Source: an uncultured Gemmatimonadales bacterium (GTDB lineage: Bacteria > Gemmatimonadota > Gemmatimonadetes > Gemmatimonadales > Gemmatimonadaceae). From it: DNA of 64,000 nucleotides. This document shows, in pieces, positions 11,213 through 20,718 of the stretch (its first letter is position 1; every line of letters starts with the position of its first letter). Made by a program: the position numbers and the translations under genes. The stretch is from NCBI GenBank assembly GCA_963707505.1, contig CAVPQB010000004.1, forward strand, positions 1,152,001 through 1,216,000. Reading direction: 5' to 3'. The notes below the pieces were generated by a model. It worked only from the letters and a program-made list of their open reading frames with translations, was not told the DNA's origin and searched no databases.

Positions 11213-13437
11213 TACTGAGCCCCTCGCCGGACTGAACACGGCCCAGCGAGAGGCGGTACTGCATTTCGAAGGACCGATGCTCGTCCTTGCCGGAGCTGGC
11301 TCCGGAAAGACACGCGTACTCACCACTCGCATCGCGCGGCTCGTCGAGCATCATGGGGTTGATCCGTCGCGGATCCTCGCCGTGACGTTCACGAACAAGG
11401 CTGCGGGCGAGATGCGCGAGCGAATTGCCCGCCTGCTCGGTTATGAGCCCAAGGGGATGTGGTGTGGAACGTTTCACGCCATCGGTGCACGTCTGTTGCG
11501 ATCCCACGCGGCGGCCGTTGGTCGCGCTTCGAACTTCACGATCTACGATGAGGACGACAACATCGCCGTCATCAAGCGCGTGATGGAAGGTGCGGGAGTC
11601 TCGACGAAGGCGTGGTCGGCAAAAGTTGTAGCGTCGCTGATTTCGGATGCAAAGAACGCGCTCGTCACACCGGAGGAGTACGCGTCGCTCGCACTGGATC
11701 CCGTGTCGCGCAACGCGTCGGTCGTGTACCGCAATCTCGACGCGGCACTGCGGCACGCAAACGCGGTGACATTCGACGATCTGCTCGACACTGCCCGTGG
11801 AGCTGCTGTCGCGCGACGAATCCCTCCGGCGCCGGCTCAGCGAGCGGTTTCAGTTCATTCTGGTCGACGAGTATCAGGACACGAACCGCGCGCAGTATCA
11901 GTTCATCAAGTTGTTGGCCGGAGAGCACTCCAATGTCGTCGTGGTCGGCGATGATGATCAGTCGATTTACGGGTGGCGCGGCGCGGACATCCGGAACATC
12001 CTCGACTTCGAGCGCGAGTTTCCTGACGCGCGCGTGGTTCGCCTGGAGGAGAATTATCGCTCTACGCCCAATATTCTCGAGGTCGCCAACGCCGCCATCA
12101 GCGCGAATATTGGACGGAAGGGCAAGACCTTACGGGCGACGCGGGCCGCGGGTGAGCGCGCGACGGTCACGGCCACGCTCGACGATCGCGACGAAGCAGA
12201 CTGGGTAGTCGAAGAAATCATGTCGCGTATGTCGTCGGAAAATCGGACCGCGCGCGATTTTGCCGTTCTCTACCGCACCAATGCCCAGAGCCGCACTCTG
12301 GAAGATTCGCTGCGTAACCATGCGCTGCCGTACCGACTTGTCGGTGCGGTCCGGTTCTACGATCGGCGCGAGATCCGTGATCTCATGGCGTATCTCAAGC
12401 TCATCGCCAACCCATCCGATAACGAAGCATTCCGGCGTGCGGTTGCGGTGCCCAAGCGCGGCCTTGGTGACACTACGGTCGAAATGCTGGCCGGCATAGC
12501 GCAGGGAGCGGGCGTATCGATGCTCCAGGCTGCGGCTGATCCTGACCTGTTGACCGCGTTACGCCCCGCTGCGCGTTCAGGGCTCGCTGCATTCGCGGAG
12601 CTGATCGGTCGCTTTCGTGACATGGCGCGCGAGACGAGTGTGGACGAGCTGCTGCGCGACCTTGTCGAGGCTTTACGCTTTGGCGATTATCTGCGTGCGG
12701 ACAGCCCGGAACAGGCGCGCGACCGCATCGAGAACGTAACGGCGCTCATCGATGGCGCGGCCGAGACGGTGATCGATGAAGGCGGCGAGGTCGGACTCAC
12801 ACCGCTCGATCACTTTTTGCAGCGGGCGATGCTCGTCGCCGGCACGGACCAACTGGATCCATCTGCAGAGGCCGTGACGTTGATGACAATGCACAACGCC
12901 AAGGGTCTGGAATATCCTGTCGTGTTCATCACCGGAATGGAAGACGGCCTGTTTCCCACGTCACAGGCGTTCGATGATCCGGCGAAGCTGGAAGAGGAGC
13001 GACGCCTTTTCTACGTCGGCATAACGCGCGCGGAAGAGAAGCTGTATCTCACGCACTCCGAGAGCCGGCGGCGAAACGGCGAGATCGTCGGCGCGATTCC
13101 GTCCCGGTTTCTTCGTGATATTCCCAATGGAATGCTGGAGGAGCGTGGCACGATACGGGCGAAGACCAGCGGCCGGCACTCGTGGGCGGATTCGGTACGA
13201 CGCAAGACGCACGAAGTGCCGCAGTGGCGGCAGGCGAAACGCGACTGGGAAGCGGAGTCACAGGATGAGCCCGCGTACACGCGGGGCGAGCGCGTTCGTC
13301 ACGCGATCTTCGGCACGGGGACGATCGCCGAGATTGGCGGCAATGGCCGCGATGTTAAGGCGACGATCACGTTCGACGATGAGGGAGTTGGACTGAAGAC
13401 CATCAAGCTGGCGTACACCAAGCTCGAGAGAGAGTAA
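11196..13437 (+). CDS. pcrA: UvrD/PcrA SF1 DNA helicase (indel near 11790)
   Basis: AGAGSGKT, TFTNKAA, VDEYQDTN, LEENYRS, TMHNAKGLE, EEERRLFYVGITRA. Confidence 0.93.
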
Positions 13438-13441
13438 GACA

Positions 13442-13777
13442 ATGGCGGTAACAGAAACCGACATCCGCAAGATCGCCGATCTCGCCCGACTGTCGCTGGC
13501 CGATGAGGAAGTTCCGGCCATGACGGCGCAGCTGAATAGCATTCTCGCGCATATGGATGTTCTAACGCGCGTGGACACGACAAAAGACAGCGACGCCGGA
13601 ACGGGCGCAATCACATCCGCTATCGGTCTGGCCACTGACGTGAAAAGTGCGGGCGCTCCTCTACGGGGAGATGCTGTAGCGCCGTTCCCGATGAATACCA
13701 CGGCCCCGATGCTGGCGCCGGATTCGGAGGATGGTTTCATCCTCGTTCCACGTCTTTCGACGCACGAGGACATGTAG
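13442..13777 (+). CDS. gatC: Asp/Glu-tRNA amidotransferase subunit C
   Basis: IRKIADLARL..QLNSIL..APDSEDGFILVPR; precedes gatAB. Confidence 0.85.
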   Translation: MAVTETDIRKIADLARLSLADEEVPAMTAQLNSILAHMDVLTRVDTTKDSDAGTGAITSAIGLATDVKSAGAPLRGDAVAPFPMNTTAPMLAPDSEDGFILVPRLSTHEDM

Positions 13778-15189
13778 TGCGAAACATCATCGACATGACA
13801 AACGAAGCGGCGTTGCGCGCAGCCGACGCGCGATTTGGACGCGACGGACTCAACATCGTCGTGGCGACGAACCATGAGTCGTCGCTCGCGAACGCGGAAC
13901 GTGTCGCGCTCGCGTACGGGCGCGGCGACGCGATGTCGCTGCCGGGGATGGCAATAGCGGTCAAGGATAATATCGCGACCCTCGACATGCCGACGACCTG
14001 TGGATCGCGAATTCTGTCCGGATATCTGAGTCCATATGAGGCGACTGCGATCACCAGGCTTCGCGCGAACGGCGCCGTCGTCGTGGCGAAGACCAACATG
14101 GACGAGTTTGCCATGGGATCTTCCACCGAAACCAGCGCGTACGGCCCAACGCGCAACCCGGTCGATCCCGCGCGGAGCCCCGGCGGATCGTCCGGCGGTT
14201 CGGCAGCAGCTGTCGCCGCCGGAATTACCGAGATTGCACTTGGCTCCGAGACAGGCGGAAGCGTGAGACAGCCAGCCGCGTTCTGCGGTGTCGTCGGTGT
14301 GAAGCCGACGTATGGCCGTATCAGTCGCTTCGGTCTCGTCGCATTCGGGTCGTCGCTGGATCAGATTGGCGTATTCGCTCGTTCGGTACGCAACGCGGCG
14401 ATCGCGACCTATGCCATGGCGGGTGGCGATCTCAATGACTCGACCAGCGCCGACGTACCTGTCCCGACAATGCCGGAACCGGTCGAGGCATTTCGCGGCC
14501 GCACGCTGGACGGCGTCACGATTGGCATTCCAACGGAATACTTCCCGCCCTCGCTCGATTCCGATGTTCGCGCACGCTGTGATGTCGCGGTCGAGGTACT
14601 CCGCGGACTCGGCGCGAAGATCGTCGACGTGTCGCTACCGCATACGGAGCTCGCCATCCCCGTTTACTACATAATCGCGCCGGCGGAGGCATCGTCCAAT
14701 CTCGCGCGTTTCGACGGTGTGCGTTATGGTCCGCGCGCTGGCGATGTCACGGATCTGCGTGAGATGTACGAATCGACCCGCAGCCGCGGATTCGGCGCTG
14801 AGGTAAAGCGTCGCATCCTGATCGGCACGTATGTCCTGTCGCACGGATACTACGATGCGTATTACAAAAAAGCGCAGAGCGTTCGCGCACTGATCACCCG
14901 CGACTTCGACGCGGTATTCGGCTCGGGTGTGGATGCTCTCTTCACACCGACCACGCCAACACCCGCATTCAGGATCGGCGCCGTGACCGACCCGTACGAG
15001 ATGTACATGAGTGACATCTTCACCGTCACCGCAAATCTTGCGGGGATACCCGCCATCTCACTACCGATTGGTCGAGTTGGCGGACTGCCAATCGGCGGCC
15101 AGATCATGGCGCGTCACTTCGACGAGCCGCGCATGTTCCACGTGGCTGCGGCGCTCGAGGCGGCGCTCGGCGGAGACGCGCACGCATGA
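13777..15189 (+). CDS. gatA: Asp/Glu-tRNA amidotransferase subunit A
   Basis: AVKDNI, KTNMDEFAMGSS, GGSSGGSAA, SETGGSVRQPA, EASSNLARFDG. Confidence 0.95.
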   Translation: MRNIIDMTNEAALRAADARFGRDGLNIVVATNHESSLANAERVALAYGRGDAMSLPGMAIAVKDNIATLDMPTTCGSRILSGYLSPYEATAITRLRANGAVVVAKTNMDEFAMGSSTETSAYGPTRNPVDPARSPGGSSGGSAAAVAAGITEIALGSETGGSVRQPAAFCGVVGVKPTYGRISRFGLVAFGSSLDQIGVFARSVRNAAIATYAMAGGDLNDSTSADVPVPTMPEPVEAFRGRTLDGVTIGIPTEYFPPSLDSDVRARCDVAVEVLRGLGAKIVDVSLPHTELAIPVYYIIAPAEASSNLARFDGVRYGPRAGDVTDLREMYESTRSRGFGAEVKRRILIGTYVLSHGYYDAYYKKAQSVRALITRDFDAVFGSGVDALFTPTTPTPAFRIGAVTDPYEMYMSDIFTVTANLAGIPAISLPIGRVGGLPIGGQIMARHFDEPRMFHVAAALEAALGGDAHA

Positions 15190-16634
15190 CGGACTGGAGC
15201 GAAAAGTACGAGATGGTCGTCGGACTCGAGGTCCACGTGCAGCTCAAGACACGATCCAAGATGTTTTGCGGCTGTTCGGCGGATTTTGGTGCGCCGCCGA
15301 ACGTCAACACGTGTCCCGTGTGTCTTGCACTGCCGGGAGCCCTCCCCGGGATCAACGCGGAGGCGGTGCGGCTGGCGTTGCGTGCGGCTATTGCACTGGA
15401 CTTTACGATCAATCTGAAGTCGGTGTTCGCGCGGAAGAACTATTTCTACCCTGATCTGCCGAAAGGCTATCAGATATCGCAATACGATCAGCCGATTGCC
15501 GTGGGGGGAACGCTGAGTGTCAGAACACCCGGGGAAACGGCAACGCACGACATCGCGATCACGCGCCTCCACATGGAAGAGGATGCCGGCAAGTCCGTGC
15601 ACGATCGCTACCCGCGCAAGACGGCGATCGACCTGAACCGAGCCGGAGTTCCGCTTATCGAGATCGTGAGTGAACCCGACCTGCGTTCCGCGGCGGAAGC
15701 CGGTGCGTACTTGCGCACGCTCAAGCAGATCCTCGAATATGCGGAGGTGAGCGACGTGAGCATGGAAGAGGGCAGTCTTCGCGTCGATGCGAACGTGAGC
15801 GCACGACTACACGGCGCAACCGAGCTGGGGACGAAGACTGAGGTAAAGAACGTCAACTCATTCTCCGCCGTCGAGCGATCGCTTCAGAGTGAGTTCGAAC
15901 GGCAGTGCGCGATGCTTGATCGCGGCGAGGTCGTGCGCCAGGAGACTATGATCTGGGATGCCTCGCGCGGAACGGTTCGTCCGGCAAGGTCCAAGGAAGA
16001 GAGTCACGACTACCGCTACTTTCCGGATCCCGATCTACCTCCGTTGATTCTGGACCCCGATTACGTGGCACGACTTCGTCACACGCTTCCGGAGATGCCA
16101 CAACAACTGCGCGAGCGGTTCAGCAGCGCGTTCGGTCTCAACGAAGCGGAGCTGGACGCAGTGACGGCGGAGCCTCGTCTTGCTGCGTACTTCGAGGGTG
16201 TTGCACGCGCACACGGCGATGCGAAAGCCGCCGCAAAGTGGATGATGGGCGAGCTTGCCGCGGCACTCAATGAAACTGGAACCGGCATCCGTGATTTTCC
16301 CGTGCGCGCGCCACAGCTCGCTGAACTGCTGGACATGGTACGCGATGGGAAGCTGAGCCACACGGCCGCGAAGGCCGTATTTGCGACCATGCGCAGCAGC
16401 GGAAAGTCAGCGCCTGTAGTTGCTGCGGAGATGAGCGTAACACAGGTCGGTGACGATTCCCAGATCGAGCAGTGGATCCAGGAAGTGTTCGCCGAATTGC
16501 CGAGCGAGACGTCACGATTCCGCGCGGGAGAGAAGAAGTTGACCGGTGTGTTGGTCGGCGCCGTGATGAAGAAGTCGAAGGGTCGCGCAGATCCCAGGAA
16601 GGTAAATGCGTTGTTGGGCAGGCTCGCGGGGTAG
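15186..16634 (+). CDS. gatB: Asp/Glu-tRNA amidotransferase subunit B
   Basis: GLEVHVQL, RKNYFYPDLPKGYQISQ, HMEEDAGK, DYRYFPDPDL. Confidence 0.96.
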   Translation: MTDWSEKYEMVVGLEVHVQLKTRSKMFCGCSADFGAPPNVNTCPVCLALPGALPGINAEAVRLALRAAIALDFTINLKSVFARKNYFYPDLPKGYQISQYDQPIAVGGTLSVRTPGETATHDIAITRLHMEEDAGKSVHDRYPRKTAIDLNRAGVPLIEIVSEPDLRSAAEAGAYLRTLKQILEYAEVSDVSMEEGSLRVDANVSARLHGATELGTKTEVKNVNSFSAVERSLQSEFERQCAMLDRGEVVRQETMIWDASRGTVRPARSKEESHDYRYFPDPDLPPLILDPDYVARLRHTLPEMPQQLRERFSSAFGLNEAELDAVTAEPRLAAYFEGVARAHGDAKAAAKWMMGELAAALNETGTGIRDFPVRAPQLAELLDMVRDGKLSHTAAKAVFATMRSSGKSAPVVAAEMSVTQVGDDSQIEQWIQEVFAELPSETSRFRAGEKKLTGVLVGAVMKKSKGRADPRKVNALLGRLAG

Positions 16635-16654
16635 ACGCGCTCCTCGACCCTCAG

Positions 16655-17533
16655 TCACTCGATCGGATAGATCGGCGCGCCAAGCTTCTTGTGATAAGTC
16701 AGCTCACTCTCCGGCAGTCCAAACTTGCGGTCCGCTTCATCGCGGATCATGAGTTCACCACCACCGCGCCGTAGCGCCGCGCGGCGCACCTGCTTCGCCT
16801 CTCTGAGCGCGACGTCGCCTGACGGATCCAGCGCGTACGGCGCAGACTCGTTCATTCTGTTGAAGAGATCAAGTATGAAGTCGTACGACCGCGTCATGTA
16901 GGCGCCCACTTCATCGTTTGCCAGATCCCAGCGGCTCTTCTCGGAGATCAACTGAAATGCGCGTTGCCACGAATCCGTATCCGTGACGTATACCATCCCG
17001 CGGAAGATTCTGCGGTTGGTGTGAGTGCTGAATATCGTTGGACTGAGAATCCGGTCGAGATGGAAGTCCGCGCGCGAGTGATCCAGCAGGATAAGCTCCC
17101 GTGCCCGGTGCGGTGAATCACCGCCGAGGTGGCTTTCGAATCGGCTTTCCCAGTAACTGTGGCCGATCGATGAAGTCGTCGACGTTACCGTGAGCTGCTT
17201 CGGCACGAAATAGTTGTGCGCTACCGAGTCTGCCGCGAGATGCGCCAGATATCCCAGCGCGAATGCGCGCATTCGGCCGTCGGTGGCGAGATCGTGGATT
17301 TCATAGCCGACCTTCCACGAGTGGCAGTGCCGCCCCGCTTCGGCGTACTTCTTGGCGATGCTCGTGTCAGCCGCGATCGAGCCATACAGGAAGTCGTACG
17401 GAAATGCCTCCAGCAACTCTGCGATCGTGCCAGGAAGCATCGACAGTGAGCGCAGCACGGCATCACCCAGAAACACGTGCGTGCCTGGAGTCCAGGCGTG
17501 CGCGGTTCTGGGTGTGAGCAGGAGCAGCAGCAC
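16655..17533 (-). CDS. Zinc-dependent phospholipase C / P1-nuclease-fold secreted protein (start uncertain)
   Basis: Signal-like LLLLLTPRTAHA then mature WTPGTH; GSIAAD, GYLAHLAADSVAHN, HSYWE metal motifs. Confidence 0.75.
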   Translation of the reverse strand: MLLLLLTPRTAHAWTPGTHVFLGDAVLRSLSMLPGTIAELLEAFPYDFLYGSIAADTSIAKKYAEAGRHCHSWKVGYEIHDLATDGRMRAFALGYLAHLAADSVAHNYFVPKQLTVTSTTSSIGHSYWESRFESHLGGDSPHRARELILLDHSRADFHLDRILSPTIFSTHTNRRIFRGMVYVTDTDSWQRAFQLISEKSRWDLANDEVGAYMTRSYDFILDLFNRMNESAPYALDPSGDVALREAKQVRRAALRRGGGELMIRDEADRKFGLPESELTYHKKLGAPIYPIE

Positions 17534-17558
17534 CGCCAGTGCCGCTGCTCCCGAAATA

Positions 17559-18029
17559 CTAAACGCCGAGCCGGCGGCGCCGGCGGCGAATCGATTTGCG
17601 GAGATCCTGCAATTCCCCCGAGACAGTGTCCTCGACCGCCGCCTTCGCCGCGTCGAAATAATCCCGCAACTGTTCGCCGACACCGTCCAGCGATATGTCC
17701 TCAGCCATTTCCATTCCGCGATCGTAACCGCGTCTTGCACCGCGCGCAGCCTTGCGCGCCATGCCAGCACCTGCGACTCCGGCGAGCGACGCGAGCTCTG
17801 CTCCGCGCCCAGCCAGACCCATCCCTCGTCTCACCGATGCGCGGCTCGGCCTTCCCGCGCGGAACAACAGGGTAACACCGACCCCGACGGTCAGTCCGAT
17901 CAGTGCAGCAGTGAGGAGATCGAGATCTTCCTCATGCGAGACCTCCGCGCCTCCGCGACGTGGTCCGCGGCCGGATCGGGGCGTCCGTGCCGGCGTTGCC
18001 GGCCGAGCTTCCGTGTCTGTCATCGCCAT
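17559..18029 (-). CDS. YtxH-like single-TM hypothetical protein
   Basis: GGAGG-type RBS upstream; TM segment LIGLTVGVGVTLLF followed by a helical basic/acidic region. Confidence 0.55.
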   Translation of the reverse strand: MAMTDTEARPATPARTPRSGRGPRRGGAEVSHEEDLDLLTAALIGLTVGVGVTLLFRAGRPSRASVRRGMGLAGRGAELASLAGVAGAGMARKAARGARRGYDRGMEMAEDISLDGVGEQLRDYFDAAKAAVEDTVSGELQDLRKSIRRRRRRLGV

Positions 18030-18552
18030 CCTCGAATTCCTCCGTGTTGTCGAAAACCTGCGCCAGTCCGGTCCGGACACCGTGTACCGTCGATGCGGTG
18101 CTCACGAATGCGGATTCGGCCTCGTCCTGTACGACTTCGATCAGCGCGTTGAACTCGTCGAGCCTCGCCTCGGCTTCCTTCACCGCCTTCAGCAGCCGCG
18201 CATTCGCCGCGGCTACCGTCTGCTGGACCTGCCGCACGTCGCCCTTCACGAGGGCGACGATCTCTCTCGCATCTTCGGTAACGATGCTCGCGCTCCTCAC
18301 GAGCGGCGCGACATCACCGTAAACGCGATCCAGCAGATCGTTCACCTTCTTGTACGTCTTCCTGAAGTTCCACGCTGCCGGAACCAATCCAACCGCGAGC
18401 ACCAACAAGGCGATCGTGGTGAGGCCGCTCGCGACCGAGGTGATCTTCTCGAACGTGCTGGTCACTGCCGGCACCTGCTTGGTGACGAGCGTGTCAGGAA
18501 GAACGTGCGCCACCTGAATCAGCAGCGCGGTTACGTGCGTCATGTCGTACAT
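17932..18552 (-). CDS. DUF948/YoxC-like membrane-anchored coiled-coil protein
   Basis: TM helix then heptad-rich region (KKVNDLLDRV..VRQVQQTV..LDEFNALIEVVQDE). Confidence 0.6.
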   Translation of the reverse strand: MYDMTHVTALLIQVAHVLPDTLVTKQVPAVTSTFEKITSVASGLTTIALLVLAVGLVPAAWNFRKTYKKVNDLLDRVYGDVAPLVRSASIVTEDAREIVALVKGDVRQVQQTVAAANARLLKAVKEAEARLDEFNALIEVVQDEAESAFVSTASTVHGVRTGLAQVFDNTEEFEDGDDRHGSSAGNAGTDAPIRPRTTSRRRGGLA

Positions 18553-18653
18553 AGGCACTGATGGTGCAAGGGAAGGGCCAGTTCTGGTTACCCTGTAAAT
18601 TGCCACGCGGACGGCCAATCTGGACGTCCCGGCCCTATATTGTCGCCAATACC

Positions 18654-19955
18654 ATGACCGCTGTCCAATACATCGTAGAGGGCGGGCACCGGCTCTCCGG
18701 CAGCATCCGCCCGTCTGGCAACAAGAACGCCGCACTTCCGATCGTGGCCGCCGCGCTCCTCTCGAGCAAGCCGGTACGCCTCACGAACGTACCCCGAATC
18801 CGGGATCTCGAAACGCTGGTCGAGCTGTTACGCTCGGTCGGCGCGTCGGCCGACTGGACCGAGCGAAACACGCTCGAGATCTCCGCGCCGGATCTCCGTC
18901 CCGAGCGGCTCGACCCGGCGCTCTGCGTCCGCATACGTGCGTCGATCCTGCTCGCCGCACCGCTGCTGGCGCGCTGCGGAACGGCGACGCTGCCCGCACC
19001 GGGCGGCGATGTGATCGGCCGTCGCCGTCTCGACACACACTTCCTCGCGATGTCACAGCTCGGTGTCACCGTAACTGGCGAGGACGGCTATCACATGACC
19101 GTCGACCGCATCATCGGCGCGGACGTCTTTCTGGATGAGCCGAGTGTCACCGGCACCGAGAACGCGCTGATTCTCGCTGCGGCCGCGGAAGGAACCACTG
19201 TCCTCCGGAACGCGGCGAGCGAGCCGCACGTTCAGGATCTTGCACACTTCCTCGTCGCACTCGGCTCGCGCATCGAAGGAATCGGCACTAACACGATCAC
19301 CGTGTACGGCGACAGAACGCTCGGCGAGACGCCCACTACACATGAGATCGGTCCCGATCATATCGAGGTAGGTTCGTTCATCGGACTTGCAGCCGTTACG
19401 CATTCCGAGATCCGGATTGTCGACGCCGGTGTCGAGCATCTGCGCTCGACGCTCATGGGATTCGAGCGGCTCGGGATTCGCTGCCGCATCGAAGGTCGCG
19501 ACCTCATCGTTCCAGCGGATCAGGAGCTTGTGATCCACAAGGATTTCGGCGGACACATTCCCAAGCTCGAAGATCAACCGTGGCCCGCGTTTCCCGCAGA
19601 CACGATGTCGATCGCGATAGTTGCAGCGACGCAGTGCGATGGCGTGATACTGATCCACGAGAAAATGTTCGAGTCACGTCTGTTTTTCGTCGACAGGTTG
19701 ATAGGGATGGGCGCCAACATCGTGTTGTGCGATCCCCATCGTTGCATAGTGAGCGGACCGAGCGCTCTGCGTGGCTCGACGATGGAGTCGCCGGATATCC
19801 GCGCCGGGATGGCGATGCTGCTGGCTGCGCTGTGTGCACGCGGGCAGAGCACGATCAACAACGTCACGCAGATAGAGCGCGGTTACGAGCGGATCGATGA
19901 GCGACTGAACGCGCTCGGCGCACGCGTCACGCGCGTCGCCGACCGACGGCAGTAG
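18654..19955 (+). CDS. murA: UDP-N-acetylglucosamine 1-carboxyvinyltransferase
   Basis: SGNKNAALP, IRASILL, PGGDVIGRR, SVTGTEN, WPAFPAD, DIRAG, IERGYE. Confidence 0.95.
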   Translation: MTAVQYIVEGGHRLSGSIRPSGNKNAALPIVAAALLSSKPVRLTNVPRIRDLETLVELLRSVGASADWTERNTLEISAPDLRPERLDPALCVRIRASILLAAPLLARCGTATLPAPGGDVIGRRRLDTHFLAMSQLGVTVTGEDGYHMTVDRIIGADVFLDEPSVTGTENALILAAAAEGTTVLRNAASEPHVQDLAHFLVALGSRIEGIGTNTITVYGDRTLGETPTTHEIGPDHIEVGSFIGLAAVTHSEIRIVDAGVEHLRSTLMGFERLGIRCRIEGRDLIVPADQELVIHKDFGGHIPKLEDQPWPAFPADTMSIAIVAATQCDGVILIHEKMFESRLFFVDRLIGMGANIVLCDPHRCIVSGPSALRGSTMESPDIRAGMAMLLAALCARGQSTINNVTQIERGYERIDERLNALGARVTRVADRRQ

Positions 19956-19963
19956 AGAAGGCC

Positions 19964-20659
19964 GTGCAACCTGAAATGATCGAGGAAGTAGCGGAGTTTA
20001 CCGAGCTCGGCATCCTCGCCTTCACCACGACTCGCGCCGCGGGCACGTTCGGATTGTCCGGAACCGATCCGGTTGGTGAAGTGATGGGTCGCTGGACGGC
20101 ATTGCTGACCGACATTGGCGCCCGCGGAATCTGCGTCGCGCCGCAGGTGCACGGCGACACGGTTCTGGCGCACGCCAATCCATGGGATGGATTTCTGAGA
20201 ACGCGCCCCGCCGACGGCCATGCAACCCAGGAGCGGGGCCTCGCGCTGGCGGTGACGATCGCCGACTGTGCGCCCGTTTTCCTTGCCCATCCTTCCGGCG
20301 CGGTCGCGATAGTTCATTCAGGATGGCGGGGCACTGAAGCGCGCATCATCCATCAGGCGGTCCGGGTACTCGGGCGCGCTGGTCTCGCCCCCGACGAGCT
20401 GCGTGCCCACATCGGGCCGGCAATTTGCGGTCGCTGCTATGAGGTATCCGCGGATGTGAGGGCTCGGCTGACCGGTGAGGCATCCAACCGGCCCGGCAAT
20501 GTGGACATCAGGTCGCTCATCGCGGAACAGGCGGCCGAGGCGGGGATTGGCCGGGTTTCCGTGTCCTCTTCGTGCACCAGATGCGACAACGAATCGTTCT
20601 TCTCGCACCGGGCCGGCGACGCCGGTCGTCAGATCGCGGTTATAGTTGCGAAACAGTAG
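19964..20659 (+). CDS. pgeF: YfiH/PgeF peptidoglycan editing factor (polyphenol oxidase family)
   Basis: QVHG, IADCAP, HSGWRG, GPAIC..CYEV, FFSHR. Confidence 0.88.
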   Translation: MQPEMIEEVAEFTELGILAFTTTRAAGTFGLSGTDPVGEVMGRWTALLTDIGARGICVAPQVHGDTVLAHANPWDGFLRTRPADGHATQERGLALAVTIADCAPVFLAHPSGAVAIVHSGWRGTEARIIHQAVRVLGRAGLAPDELRAHIGPAICGRCYEVSADVRARLTGEASNRPGNVDIRSLIAEQAAEAGIGRVSVSSSCTRCDNESFFSHRAGDAGRQIAVIVAKQ

Positions 20660-20718
20660 TTTCTGAAATATATTTCCAGGTTCCCGTAGAACCGCAGGAC
20701 CACCCTTTTACCTAGCAA

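Noticed and set aside
520..11800. Programmed frameshifting or pseudogenisation in groEL, glmU-like, manC, response regulator, serS and pcrA
   Set aside because: No slippery sequences recognised, many unrelated and essential genes are affected, and the breaks cluster regionally; sequencing indels are more likely
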